Positions 31,930 through 42,061 of a stretch of 64,000 nt of DNA are shown here, in pieces. Each line of letters starts with the position of its first letter. The first letter of the stretch is position 1. This stretch comes from Chitinophagales bacterium. Its GTDB lineage: Bacteria > Bacteroidota > Bacteroidia > Chitinophagales > Chitinophagaceae. The notes under the pieces were generated by a model, which worked only from the letters and a program-made list of their open reading frames with translations, had not been told where the DNA came from and did not search any database. A program made the translations under genes and the position numbers. The stretch covers positions 3,658-67,657 of the forward strand of contig JAAFJB010000006.1 in the NCBI GenBank assembly GCA_013297995.1, in the 5' to 3' direction.

Positions 31930-32234
31930 TCAGCTTTCTCGTTTCTGAAGCACCCAAATATCTTGCCCACCCAGTATTTTTAATAAATTTTTTCAATTTC
32001 ATATTGTAAATCAGAGTGTAATATATTGCAAATCCATATTATTAATTTCAGTTCTAAGGGTTCGATTCTAAAAAATCAATCAGATGAATCCTCATAGTAC
32101 AGCACACTTAGCTAAAATATTAGTTTTAGCTTTCCTAAGCAACTGGTAAAATTGCATTATTTAGATTAGCATATTTTGCTCATCATCATAATCTTTTTAC
32201 ACAAACTTTATTTTCTCATTTTAAAACCAAGATT

Positions 32235-33761
32235 GTGCCACTAAAATTAAAATCCCTATGCTTATTATTCATGTTGTTTTACACAATGTTAGCTTGCAAA
32301 AAAAACAACAATCCTATTGTGCCAACTACTCCTGTGGTTCCAGTATCAAACTCACCCCGTCCATTTTTTGAGATTGTAGGGTCAAAAATTGTAGACACCA
32401 ATGGAGTTGAATTTATTGGCAAAGGCGTGAACGTTAACGGCCCTAAATGGCCTTGGAGTAGACCGACTGTTCCAGATGTGAATTTAATAACTGATGTATG
32501 GAAATGCAATATTGTTAGAGTAAATTGTTGGCCAGAATTTTCGGTTGCCAATTCTAATAACCTGAACTTAGATGATATTATTAATGCATTCACTGCAAAG
32601 AAAGTAGTGATAATGTTAGAAGATCATAATTTTACGGGTAAGTTTCCTACAACCGCAGAGTTGAACACTGCCATCAACTGGTGGAAAAATATTGCCAACA
32701 AATACAAAAATAATGGCTACGTATGGTTTAATCTCATGAATGAACCAGGTGGATCTTCGCCCGTTACAGCAGCTTGGTTAGATACACATAATACTATGAT
32801 AGAAGCCATTCGAGCTACGGGGGCAAGAAATATTATAGTTTGTGATGAAAACCATTACGGACAAGCCAATGGTTTTGTTGACAATGCAAGCAGTGCTGCC
32901 ATAACTTATGGACAAACACTTACCAGCAAATATGCCAATATTCTTTTCTCCCTTCATCTCTATGAATACTGGATATATGGAGAAGATAGATTAAAACGAT
33001 ATATTGACGCTGCCCATGCAAAAAATCTAGCCGTTATAATTGGGGAATATGGTGTTGGAAATGACTATTCTATGAAGGTTTCTTCCAATATTTTTAAAGC
33101 TACTATTCCCAAAAAAGTGGGCAGAATTGCTTGGCATTGGGTGGGCGAAGATATTCATCGGCTTGTTTCTTCCAACGGCGGTGGAGGATGGTCTATCAAC
33201 AACACAGGAGGTACTAAACCCACCAACCTTAGTTTTGCGGGTAACCTAGTATGGATGGACAATCACAATCAATTAAGCGCAACCGATATTGCTTTAGAAA
33301 CCGCTCCTGTAATATTTTCAAATGCCGATTTTGAGTTTGGCTCTCCCACCAATGGAAGTAGGCAAATAGAAGGTGGGTGGATTAATTATGGAACTGCCCA
33401 GCTAGACAATAATTCAGCCAACGTAAAACAAGGCAGTTTCTCAGTAAGAATAAATTCAGGAGCACCCGGTGGTTGTGGTGTTTATATTTATCTTAAACCA
33501 GGGGAGACTTATAAAATGACTGTTTGGGGAAAACATACCACTGTTGCTAGTACTGCTACAAATGTTTCACTGAGTTATAAATCAACCTTACCTGGCAATG
33601 AAATTAACTTAGCTACATTAAACTTTACTGCCAACAGTTTTGAGCAACAGTCAATTAGTTTTACTGTACCAGCTCAAATAGAACAAATGTTTTTTAGTAT
33701 TTATAAAAACGAGTCAGCACCCGCTTTTTGGTGTGATGATATTAAAATTGAAAAACAATAA
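32235..33761 (+). CDS. Lipoprotein GH5 glycoside hydrolase (mannanase/cellulase-like) with a C-terminal CBM4/9/16-like jelly-roll
   Basis: Lipobox MLAC, WFNLMNEP (acid/base), IIGEYG (nucleophile), C-terminal NADFE...GW...DDIKIE. Confidence 0.85.
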   Translation: MPLKLKSLCLLFMLFYTMLACKKNNNPIVPTTPVVPVSNSPRPFFEIVGSKIVDTNGVEFIGKGVNVNGPKWPWSRPTVPDVNLITDVWKCNIVRVNCWPEFSVANSNNLNLDDIINAFTAKKVVIMLEDHNFTGKFPTTAELNTAINWWKNIANKYKNNGYVWFNLMNEPGGSSPVTAAWLDTHNTMIEAIRATGARNIIVCDENHYGQANGFVDNASSAAITYGQTLTSKYANILFSLHLYEYWIYGEDRLKRYIDAAHAKNLAVIIGEYGVGNDYSMKVSSNIFKATIPKKVGRIAWHWVGEDIHRLVSSNGGGGWSINNTGGTKPTNLSFAGNLVWMDNHNQLSATDIALETAPVIFSNADFEFGSPTNGSRQIEGGWINYGTAQLDNNSANVKQGSFSVRINSGAPGGCGVYIYLKPGETYKMTVWGKHTTVASTATNVSLSYKSTLPGNEINLATLNFTANSFEQQSISFTVPAQIEQMFFSIYKNESAPAFWCDDIKIEKQ

Positions 33762-33790
33762 TAACCACCTATTAAGTTAGGTTGGTTATT
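33760..33790. terminator. Hairpin between convergent genes
   Basis: AATAACCACCT ... AGGTTGGTTATT imperfect inverted repeat. Confidence 0.5.
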
Positions 33791-33937
33791 ATGATTTTAA
33801 ATGGAGATGCCAATAGTGCTAAATCATATTTAGAACTATTGGCATCTGTTTATATGGTAAGCAAAAACTGTTGGTAAATATCACTTGCTATTGATTAATG
33901 TAGTAACCATTTGTTAGCAAGTGATATTGAACCGATT

Positions 33938-36748
33938 TTATTTTTTCTCAGGATAAAGAACCGAGTGAACTATATTTTTACCATCGAACAATGTATTGGC
34001 TGTTTGCTTAATGTTTTCAATAGTTACAGCACTTACTAATTTTTCATAATTGCTGATTCTTTGCGGGTCATTATTACTAAAATAAATTCCTTGCAACAAA
34101 CTACTCCAATAACGATTTTCTTTTAAGCTTACTGTGTACTTTTCAAGGATAGATTTCTTTACTTTATCAAGGTCTTTTTGTTCTGGCCCATTGCTTTTTA
34201 TCTTTTCAATTTCTGCATTTGCAGCTAGTACCAGTTTGTCTACATTCTCAGGACCACAAGGTAATTGCAAGGATAAAGTATAGCTTTCGTATGGATACTT
34301 GCTCAAGGATCCATAAATACCACCACCGTAAATACCACCTATTTTTTCTCTTAACTCTTCAATAATTTTTATATTCAAAATCTCATTCATAAATTCTGTG
34401 TACAGAGCCAACTCTTCTGAATAAGGAATGGTTCCAGAATACACATTGAATATAAAACTTTTGGCTTCTTTTCCTTTATTAAAATTTACATTATGAACAC
34501 CAGAAACTATTCTTACGCCATTATCTGTAAACTTGGCATTCGTGCCTTTTGAAGGAAGACCTCCGATATAAGTAGCTATAAGTGGCTTAAATATTTCTAA
34601 GTCAATATTCCCCACTAGTATAAAAGTAAAGTCGTTTGCATCACCAGTTAACTCTTTAAATATGGCAATGGAACGATCTAAATTAATTTGATCAAAATCG
34701 CTTGCATTGGGCACTACCGATGGTGCCAGTGGATTGCCTCCATACATGAGTTTGTACACAGTATCTATAAAAGCAGTTGTGGGATCTGCCATCATAAATT
34801 GAACCTGACTTTTTTGCTTCTCTTTCCAACCATTAAACAACGATTCATCTTTTCTAGTTGCCGTAAAATTTAAGTACATAAGTTGAAACATACTTTCAGC
34901 ATCCTTAATGGTACTATTGCCAGAAACTCTTGCGCTTAGTGCGTTTACAGATAAATTGGCATTGGCTATTTTACCCGCCATGAATTTGCGGAGGTCAACG
35001 GGACTAAATTCGCCTATCCCCATTTGTTGTACAGCAGATGATGCATAGTTGGCACTGCTCTTGTCTCCAATTCCATAAATACTGGTTCCGCCTTTACGAA
35101 AGCCTGTCATTATAATTTCATCTTGTTTAAAATTGGTAGATTTAACAATTACTTTGGTACCATTGCTGTATTGCAATTCGGTAAAGCCCAATAGTTCATG
35201 CTTGGTTTCTTTTACCAGTTTCCCAGCCACTGGCGTAGTTTTTAGGAGGCTGCCTGCCAATGCTTTTTCTTCATAGGCTTTAATATTACTAGCACTTATG
35301 CGTTCAATAGCAGCCAATAAATTATTCTTTTCTGGAAGAGCCGTATTGCTTTTTTCTGGCCCTTGAACACTGATGAATACTTTTTCATTTTTCTTAAGTT
35401 GATTCGCCAATGTATTTACATCTGCCAATTGAATACTGGGCATAAGTTCTTTTTTATACTGGAATTCTACCTCAATTCCTGGCACTGGCTCATGCGATAA
35501 GAAATTACGAATATATTCTTCTACAAAAATGCTGGACTCTGTTTTGTCTCTATTGTTGTAAGCGCGTTCAATGCCTGCCAGTTGCTGCTTTTTGGCTCGC
35601 TCTAATTCGTTTGCCGTAAAGCCAAATTTTTTCAACCTTTCAATTTCTGTAAGTACAGCGTGTAAAGCAGAATCAGCACCTTTTTGTCCCGCTATTGCAA
35701 AACTATTAAATGCTTCATATCCACGCGCATAAGAGCTGAAATTACCGCCAGCATAGGTAAAAGGAGGATTTCCACTTTGCGCCAATTCACTCAAACGTTG
35801 GTTGAAAAGGGTAGTAAACAAAGATTTAATAATAGATGCATTTTTATAGTCGCCTATGGTTGTTTCGGGATTGGTTTTCTCCGTAGAATAGTTCAATTCA
35901 ACTTGAAAATTAGTGGCTTCCTTATCAGTTACAACCATTGCCTCACTTTTGGTTCTTGAAGGCATAGTGGCCGCAATTCTAGGTCTTGGATTGGCAGGGT
36001 TTTTTAACCCCCCAAACATTTCAGTAATCATTTTTTCTGTTGCTGCAATATCAATATCACCTACCACCACTACTGCCATTAGATTGGGACGATACCAGTC
36101 GCGATAAAAACGCTTTATAGCATCGTATTTGAATGTCTTTAGAATACTATCTTTACCAATAGGCAAACGCAATGCGTATTTAGATCCTTCATACTGTTTG
36201 GGATAAATCTTGCGAAACATCCGATCGTCTGCTCCCTTGCCTAAGCGACTTTCTTCTAATATTACGCCCCGCTCATCATCTATTTGTTTATGATCAAAGA
36301 GCAAGCCACCTGCCCAATCTTGCAATACCAACATTCCTTTCTTAAAATTATTTGGATCGCTTAACGGAATAGGTAATATATATACAGTTTCATCAAAACC
36401 AGTATACGCGTTCAGGTCGGCCCCAAAATCAACTCCAATGCTTTGTAAAAAGTCGACCAACTCATTCTTCTTGAAATTCTTGGTACCATTAAAAGCCATA
36501 TGTTCTGTAAAATGGGCAAGACCTTGTTGGTCATTGTCCTCAAGAATTGAACCTGCGTTTACAACCAACCTAAGCTCTACTTTCTTTTCTGGCTTTTGGT
36601 TTTGTCGAATATAATAGGTTAACCCATTGGCAAGTTTGCCTGTTTTGACTTTGGAATCAAAAGAAATTTTGTCGCTAAGGTTTAGCTGAGCATTCAGCGA
36701 TACAAATAAGAGCATGGCTAGTGCTAGTAAGTGAAATTGTTTCTTCAT
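33938..36748 (-). CDS. M16 family zinc peptidase (PqqL-like)
   Basis: GLAHFTEHMAFNGT inverted HxxEH zincin motif, NAYTGFDET, ERGVILEE. Confidence 0.93.
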   Translation of the reverse strand: MKKQFHLLALAMLLFVSLNAQLNLSDKISFDSKVKTGKLANGLTYYIRQNQKPEKKVELRLVVNAGSILEDNDQQGLAHFTEHMAFNGTKNFKKNELVDFLQSIGVDFGADLNAYTGFDETVYILPIPLSDPNNFKKGMLVLQDWAGGLLFDHKQIDDERGVILEESRLGKGADDRMFRKIYPKQYEGSKYALRLPIGKDSILKTFKYDAIKRFYRDWYRPNLMAVVVVGDIDIAATEKMITEMFGGLKNPANPRPRIAATMPSRTKSEAMVVTDKEATNFQVELNYSTEKTNPETTIGDYKNASIIKSLFTTLFNQRLSELAQSGNPPFTYAGGNFSSYARGYEAFNSFAIAGQKGADSALHAVLTEIERLKKFGFTANELERAKKQQLAGIERAYNNRDKTESSIFVEEYIRNFLSHEPVPGIEVEFQYKKELMPSIQLADVNTLANQLKKNEKVFISVQGPEKSNTALPEKNNLLAAIERISASNIKAYEEKALAGSLLKTTPVAGKLVKETKHELLGFTELQYSNGTKVIVKSTNFKQDEIIMTGFRKGGTSIYGIGDKSSANYASSAVQQMGIGEFSPVDLRKFMAGKIANANLSVNALSARVSGNSTIKDAESMFQLMYLNFTATRKDESLFNGWKEKQKSQVQFMMADPTTAFIDTVYKLMYGGNPLAPSVVPNASDFDQINLDRSIAIFKELTGDANDFTFILVGNIDLEIFKPLIATYIGGLPSKGTNAKFTDNGVRIVSGVHNVNFNKGKEAKSFIFNVYSGTIPYSEELALYTEFMNEILNIKIIEELREKIGGIYGGGIYGSLSKYPYESYTLSLQLPCGPENVDKLVLAANAEIEKIKSNGPEQKDLDKVKKSILEKYTVSLKENRYWSSLLQGIYFSNNDPQRISNYEKLVSAVTIENIKQTANTLFDGKNIVHSVLYPEKK

Positions 36749-36780
36749 ATTTTGATTTTAAGATTAGGCAAGATAATGCA

Positions 36781-36965
36781 TTAAGTTATTAAGTTGATTA
36801 AGTTATTAAGTTGATTAAGTTTTTAGCTCAATAACTAAATAACCCAATAACTCAATAACTCAATAACTTAATAACTCAATAACTCAATAACTTAATAACC
36901 CAATAACTCAATAACCCAATAACTTAATAACTCAATAACCAAATAACTCAATCAACTTAATCAAC
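36781..36965. repeat. Octamer tandem array (nnAATAAC x15 plus 2 nonamers) with an inverted left arm
   Basis: 36828-36947: 15 units with constant AATAAC and variable first two bases. 36948-36965: TCAATCAAC TTAATCAAC. 36781-36821: TTAAGTTA/TTAAGTTGA units in the opposite orientation. Confidence 0.92.
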
Positions 36966-38636
36966 TTATTTTAACAGTTCTTCAATGGGTTTACCAATAT
37001 TACCACTTGGCTGCTGAATATGTAATAATGCAGCTAGGGTAGCAGCAATATCGTGCATATAAACTTCTCGGTTAGAGCGCCCTTGTTTGATGCCCCATCC
37101 GTACCATAGAAGTGGAATATGAGCATCATAAGGATTCCACAATCCGTGTGTAGTTCCTGTGCTACCACCATCAATATAGCCCGGTTTTAAAATGATTTGA
37201 ATATCACCACTTCTATTGTAGAAAAAGCCATTGGCTAGTTTCTCTCTTAATAATTGGGGCATGGGGGTGGTGAGTATTTCAGCAGTAGGGAAGGCGTTAA
37301 GTACCGACTCTAATTTCAATAAGTGGTTAATAACCCAAGTATTCAAGGCTTTTTTATCAATATTGGCAGTATCAATTTTTTCTCTATTAAAATGAATTTG
37401 ATAGTTAAAATTACTTACGATGGCATCAGCAATACCAAATTTTGCTTTGATACCAGCATTCAAATCTGCCAGTACATTTCTATCGCTGTATATGCCACCG
37501 GGTAATTTATTTTCTTTCATAAATCCAGGAATATGTGCAACAGCATGGTCAGCACTTAAAAAACAAGTGTATTTGCCTTTTCCAACAGAGGCATCGAGGA
37601 AGTCTAGCAATTTCCCCAGTTCTTCATCTAATTTTACATAATCATCTACATTTTCCCATGAATTTGGGCCAAAAGCGTGACCAATATAATCGGGAGAAGA
37701 ATAACTAATTGCCAGTAAGTCGGTAATATCATCTTTGCCCAATTCTTCCCCTATAATAGCGGCTTTTGCCATTTCAGTGGTGATGGTATTGCCATGTGGT
37801 GAGTTAGAAAGTTTGCCAAAACCTTCCTTTGCCCCCCGCGTTAAATCGTAAGGAAGTTTGGTTTGTTGATTGCCAAATGGCTTTGCTTCATAGGGCTTTT
37901 CATCAGCAGTTGCATATTGGAGGTATAGCTCATCTGGAAGCGATTTTTGCCATCCTAGTTTTAATAAAGAGTCGGGCAGATTCCGATTGTTTAAATCAGT
38001 AACCCATTTGGGAAGTTCTTTGGTATAATAAGTACTGGTAATAAAATAGCCAGTTTTAGCATCGTACCAAAACGCACCATTGGCACTATGGCCAGCAGGC
38101 AATATAGCACCTCTATCTTTAATAGCAATGCCAATTACTTTGCTTTTAAAATTAAACGATAAACGGAGCTCATCGGCAATAGAAGTCACCAACATATTTT
38201 TGGGGCTCATCTGCCCATCTCCCGCACCTGAACTGCCAACCGCTTCTACCGTTTTATCTTCAGTGCAGTACACCGTTTTTTTCTGTAATTGATCATACCA
38301 AGCATTGCCTGTTATGCCATGAATGGCAGGAACAGATCCACTGTAAATGCCCGTGTGGCCGCAAGCAGTTACAGAAGGGGTGTAGCCAATTTGGGTATTA
38401 TCGCAGCTAAAACCACTGTTCATCATTCTTTTAAATCCACCATTTGTTTTAAAAAGTGGAGCATATCGTTCTAAATAATCCCACCTCATTTGGTCAATTA
38501 CAATGCCTACCACCAATTTGGGGGACGCATCTATCTTATTTTTTGGTAAAGCTTTTTGAGCGGAAAGCTCCGTATGGGTAAGCAATAGCGCAATTGCTAA
38601 GCAAGCTACAATAGAAGTGTATTTAATTTTCAACAT
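36966..38636 (-). CDS. pafA: Alkaline phosphatase, PafA family
   Basis: IVIDQMRWDY, SVTACGH (Thr nucleophile), SSPDYIGHAFGP, SADH, GTTHG. Confidence 0.88.
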   Translation of the reverse strand: MLKIKYTSIVACLAIALLLTHTELSAQKALPKNKIDASPKLVVGIVIDQMRWDYLERYAPLFKTNGGFKRMMNSGFSCDNTQIGYTPSVTACGHTGIYSGSVPAIHGITGNAWYDQLQKKTVYCTEDKTVEAVGSSGAGDGQMSPKNMLVTSIADELRLSFNFKSKVIGIAIKDRGAILPAGHSANGAFWYDAKTGYFITSTYYTKELPKWVTDLNNRNLPDSLLKLGWQKSLPDELYLQYATADEKPYEAKPFGNQQTKLPYDLTRGAKEGFGKLSNSPHGNTITTEMAKAAIIGEELGKDDITDLLAISYSSPDYIGHAFGPNSWENVDDYVKLDEELGKLLDFLDASVGKGKYTCFLSADHAVAHIPGFMKENKLPGGIYSDRNVLADLNAGIKAKFGIADAIVSNFNYQIHFNREKIDTANIDKKALNTWVINHLLKLESVLNAFPTAEILTTPMPQLLREKLANGFFYNRSGDIQIILKPGYIDGGSTGTTHGLWNPYDAHIPLLWYGWGIKQGRSNREVYMHDIAATLAALLHIQQPSGNIGKPIEELLK

Positions 38637-38776
38637 AGGGCAGGTATAGTATTAAACAAATAAATGAATGCTGATTTTAGAGGCGTTAAAGATAGGTTGA
38701 TCAGATAATAAATCTGTTCAGTTTTGATACATTATGATTAATTTTGCATCAATTTTTAGCAAAATAATTTTATACG

Positions 38777-40036
38777 ATGGCAGACATTTTTGAAAAGTTA
38801 ATAAAGAATGCGGGGCCTCTTGGTCAACACCGTGAGCGAGCACATGGATATTTTGCCTTTCCTAAATTAGAAGGAGCAATTAGTAGCAGAATGAAGTTTA
38901 GGGGGAAGGAAATGATTGTATGGAGTTTAAACAATTATCTGGGATTAGCCAACCATCCAGAAATTAGAAAGATTGATGCAGATGCAGCAAAGGAATATGG
39001 TTTGGCATACCCAATGGGAGCTAGAATGATGAGTGGAAACTCTAATCATCATGAGCAATTAGAGGCAGAATTGGCCGAATTTGAAGGCAAAGAAGACGCC
39101 ATTCTTTTGAATTTTGGCTACCAAGGAATCATGAGTACTATAGATGCAGTTTGCGGCAGGCATGATGTAATTGTGTACGACGCAGAAAGTCACGCTTGTA
39201 TAATAGATGGACTGAGGCTGCATCCCGGTCACCGTTATGTTTTTAAGCACAATGATTTAGAGGACTGTGAAAAGCAATTGATCCGAGCCACTCAATTAAT
39301 TGAGAAGCAAAAAGCAGGTGGTATTCTCTTAATTACAGAAGGGGTGTTTGGAATGGCAGGAGATCAAGGCAAGCTGAAAGAAATAGCCGCTTTGAAATTG
39401 AAATATGAATTCAGGTTATTGGTTGATGATGCACATGGATTTGGCACATTGGGGGCAACGGGTGCTGGTGCGGGTGAAGCACAGGGTTGTCAAGACCAGA
39501 TTGATTTATACTTCTCTACTTTTGCTAAGAGTATGGCCTCCATTGGTGCATTTCTTGCAGGTGATAAAGTAATTATAGATTTTATTAGATATAATATTCG
39601 GAGTCAGATTTTTGCAAAGAGCCTACCCATGCCCATTGTATTGGGGAATCTTAAACGCTTGGATATGTTGCGAACCATGCCTGAGTTAAAAGAAAAGCTG
39701 TGGAGCAATGCGCTTAAGTTACAAAGTGGACTAAAAGAAAGGGGCTTTGATATAGGAAAAACCGATAGTCCCGTTACGCCAGTCTACATGAAGGGTGGGG
39801 TAGAAGAAGCTACCGCAATGGTAATGGATCTGAGGGAAAATTATGGGGTATTTGCTTCAATAGTTGTGTATCCTGTTATTCCGAAAGGGCATATTATTTA
39901 TCGCCTTATTCCATCTGCTGCGCATACAGATGCTGACATTGAAGAAACCCTTACTGCTTTCAGCGAAACCAAGGCTAAACTTGATGCTGGCGCATATAAA
40001 GTATCAGCAATTCCTGATATGGCGGAAGTTAAATAA
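38777..40036 (+). CDS. PLP-dependent alpha-oxoamine synthase, probably cysteate-fatty acyltransferase (sulfonolipid) or serine palmitoyltransferase
   Basis: NNYLGLANHP, SHACIIDG, EGVFGM, DDAHG, STFAKS (PLP Lys). Confidence 0.8.
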   Translation: MADIFEKLIKNAGPLGQHRERAHGYFAFPKLEGAISSRMKFRGKEMIVWSLNNYLGLANHPEIRKIDADAAKEYGLAYPMGARMMSGNSNHHEQLEAELAEFEGKEDAILLNFGYQGIMSTIDAVCGRHDVIVYDAESHACIIDGLRLHPGHRYVFKHNDLEDCEKQLIRATQLIEKQKAGGILLITEGVFGMAGDQGKLKEIAALKLKYEFRLLVDDAHGFGTLGATGAGAGEAQGCQDQIDLYFSTFAKSMASIGAFLAGDKVIIDFIRYNIRSQIFAKSLPMPIVLGNLKRLDMLRTMPELKEKLWSNALKLQSGLKERGFDIGKTDSPVTPVYMKGGVEEATAMVMDLRENYGVFASIVVYPVIPKGHIIYRLIPSAAHTDADIEETLTAFSETKAKLDAGAYKVSAIPDMAEVK

Positions 40037-40061
40037 GCACTATTCTATTTAAATACTATAG

Positions 40062-40109
40062 TTCAAATAAAAGAGGCTGCTCATGTTGAGACAGCCTCTT
40101 TTATTTGAA
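40062..40109. terminator. Bidirectional terminator
   Basis: TTCAAATAAAAGAGGCTG ... CAGCCTCTTTTATTTGAA 18-bp inverted repeat between convergent genes. Confidence 0.85.
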
Positions 40110-40126
40110 AATACTTTTAACTTAAT

Positions 40127-40972
40127 TTACAATTTACCAATCAGTTCATTGGCCATGCGAACATAGTCTTTATTGTCAGCAGCAGTAGCTATGGCGATAC
40201 ATTTTTCAGCACTTGCTTTTGCACTTGTTTTATCACCTAATTCTTTTTGTATTCTTGCAGTCAACAAGAAAATCCAAAATGCTTTTGGATTGGCTTCGGT
40301 TGCTTTTTGTGCATTTACCAAGGCTTTATTATAGTCTTTATCCCACTCAAAATAAAAATTAGCAGCCCCAAAATAGCTATTGGGATTTACGGTTTCAGCA
40401 GCTAGGGCTTTTTCAACCTGCGCACGAATACGATCTTTTACATTGGTGCTAATGGGAATACTTACTGCAATATTTCCCCACATCAAATGCAGTTCAATAC
40501 TTTCTGCTTGCACATTTGCAAATTGAAAAGTGAATGTTTCCATTGGCGCACCACCCATTTTAGCTGCTTTTACTTTAAAGCGTACCACATCCTCACTGGC
40601 TTTGTACCCATCTGTACCCCAATTACTAAGGCCTTTATTAATCACAATCTCCCAATATTCTTTACCCGGAATGGTGTACAATACATAAGAACCAGTGTCA
40701 AGTGTTGATCCGCCCATAGTTACTTTGTCAGTAAAATAAAGCCGAGTAGCTCCATTGGCACCTGTGCGCCACATCTGATTCAATGGAACCAACTCACTAT
40801 TCTCTTTTAACATAGCCCTGCCTTTAATATTGGGGCGAGAATAGGTTAATTCAATTTTTCCAAGGCCAAAATCTTGACTAATTTTTTGTGTTGTGCTAGG
40901 TTGTGGCATTTTGATTTGTGCAAATCCTACAACACTACACAACAGTGAAGCTGCAAACATTATCTTTTTCAT
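40127..40972 (-). CDS. DUF2911 domain protein with a C-terminal TPR-like segment
   Basis: PQPS...Q..GL..I...YSRP, WRTGAN.AT, G.Y.LYTIP. Confidence 0.85.
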   Translation of the reverse strand: MKKIMFAASLLCSVVGFAQIKMPQPSTTQKISQDFGLGKIELTYSRPNIKGRAMLKENSELVPLNQMWRTGANGATRLYFTDKVTMGGSTLDTGSYVLYTIPGKEYWEIVINKGLSNWGTDGYKASEDVVRFKVKAAKMGGAPMETFTFQFANVQAESIELHLMWGNIAVSIPISTNVKDRIRAQVEKALAAETVNPNSYFGAANFYFEWDKDYNKALVNAQKATEANPKAFWIFLLTARIQKELGDKTSAKASAEKCIAIATAADNKDYVRMANELIGKL

Positions 40973-41074
40973 ATTGACTCTTTTTAGAAGACAAACCTAC
41001 GTTTTGCCATTCAATTGGCGTAATTATTTTATAGCTTTAGGTTAAACGGCAAATCATTTAACAATTTGTATAAA

Positions 41075-41974
41075 CTATTTAAACCCCGGATGGAAACGTT
41101 GTAATGTATCACGCAAGTAATTTCGATCTAAATGGGTATAGATTTCAGTAGTGGTAATACTTTCATGGCCCAACATTTCCTGAACGGCTCTTAAATCAGC
41201 TCCGCCTTCTACCAAATGTGTTGCAAAAGAGTGGCGAAATGTATGTGGTGAAACAATTTTGCGAATGCCTGCTTTTTTAGCAAGGTCTTTTATGATGTAA
41301 AAAATCATTACCCTAGTTAAGTTTCTTCCCCTTCTATTTAAAAATAAAATATCCTCAAAACCAGTCTGGATAATTTGATGAGATCGGATGGTTTGGTGAT
41401 AGAGTTGAATGAATTTAATGGCATCTGAACCAATAGGAATGAGACGTTCTTTATCTCCTTTGCCCGTTACTTTTATGAAACCGATATCAAGATAGAGTCC
41501 CGATATTTTAAGATTCACTACTTCGCTCACCCGTAGTCCGCAACTGTACATGGTTTCAATAATCGCTTTATTTCTTCCACCTTCGGCACTGCTCAAATCA
41601 ATGGCTGCAATGAGGCTTTCTATTTCTTCAAAATGAAGGGTGTCGGGTAAAGTTCTGCTGGTTTTAGGTGCGCTGAGTAAAACGGAAGGATCAACAGTAA
41701 TAATTTGTTCTATTAAGCAATATTTGTAAAAACTGCGAATGCCAGAAATCATGCGAGCTTGTGATGTAGCTGTCATACCTAACTCACCCACCCATTTAAC
41801 AAATGCTTGCAATTGCTTCAAGTCAATTTCACTGGGTGATTTCATTGTTTGCGAAGCTTGTAAAAAATCAGTCAACTTTTCAACATCATGCAAATAAGCC
41901 TCCACGGAATTATCGCTCAAAGAGCGTTCCAGTTGAAGATAAGCTTTATATCCTTTTTTGTAAGCATCCCACAT
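41075..41974 (-). CDS. xerD: Site-specific tyrosine recombinase XerD
   Basis: YSCGLRVSE, GKGDKER, SPHTFRHSFATHL, LGHESITTTEIY. Confidence 0.92.
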   Translation of the reverse strand: MWDAYKKGYKAYLQLERSLSDNSVEAYLHDVEKLTDFLQASQTMKSPSEIDLKQLQAFVKWVGELGMTATSQARMISGIRSFYKYCLIEQIITVDPSVLLSAPKTSRTLPDTLHFEEIESLIAAIDLSSAEGGRNKAIIETMYSCGLRVSEVVNLKISGLYLDIGFIKVTGKGDKERLIPIGSDAIKFIQLYHQTIRSHQIIQTGFEDILFLNRRGRNLTRVMIFYIIKDLAKKAGIRKIVSPHTFRHSFATHLVEGGADLRAVQEMLGHESITTTEIYTHLDRNYLRDTLQRFHPGFK

Positions 41975-42061
41975 TCCGTAATGCGAATTTTAATTGATTA
42001 TTCTACACAAGATAACCCGTATATCCGTACATTCGCTATACCGCAAAACACAAAATTTACA

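Noticed and set aside
31694-32002. 102-aa minus-strand ORF MKLKKFIKNTGWARYLG…
   Set aside because: Three quarters overlap the BNR protein antisense; no family recognised. A tiny remnant cannot be excluded but is unsupported.
32056-32072. GGTTCGATTC T-loop-like motif
   Set aside because: No pairing T-stem, acceptor stem or anticodon arm, so it is not a tRNA.
36781-36965. Possible CRISPR array (also considered for 62981-63060)
   Set aside because: Units of 8-11 bp with no unique spacers and no cas genes.
41075-41974. Tyrosine recombinase as a prophage or island integrase
   Set aside because: Length, motifs and housekeeping neighbours fit chromosomal XerD; no att sites or phage genes.
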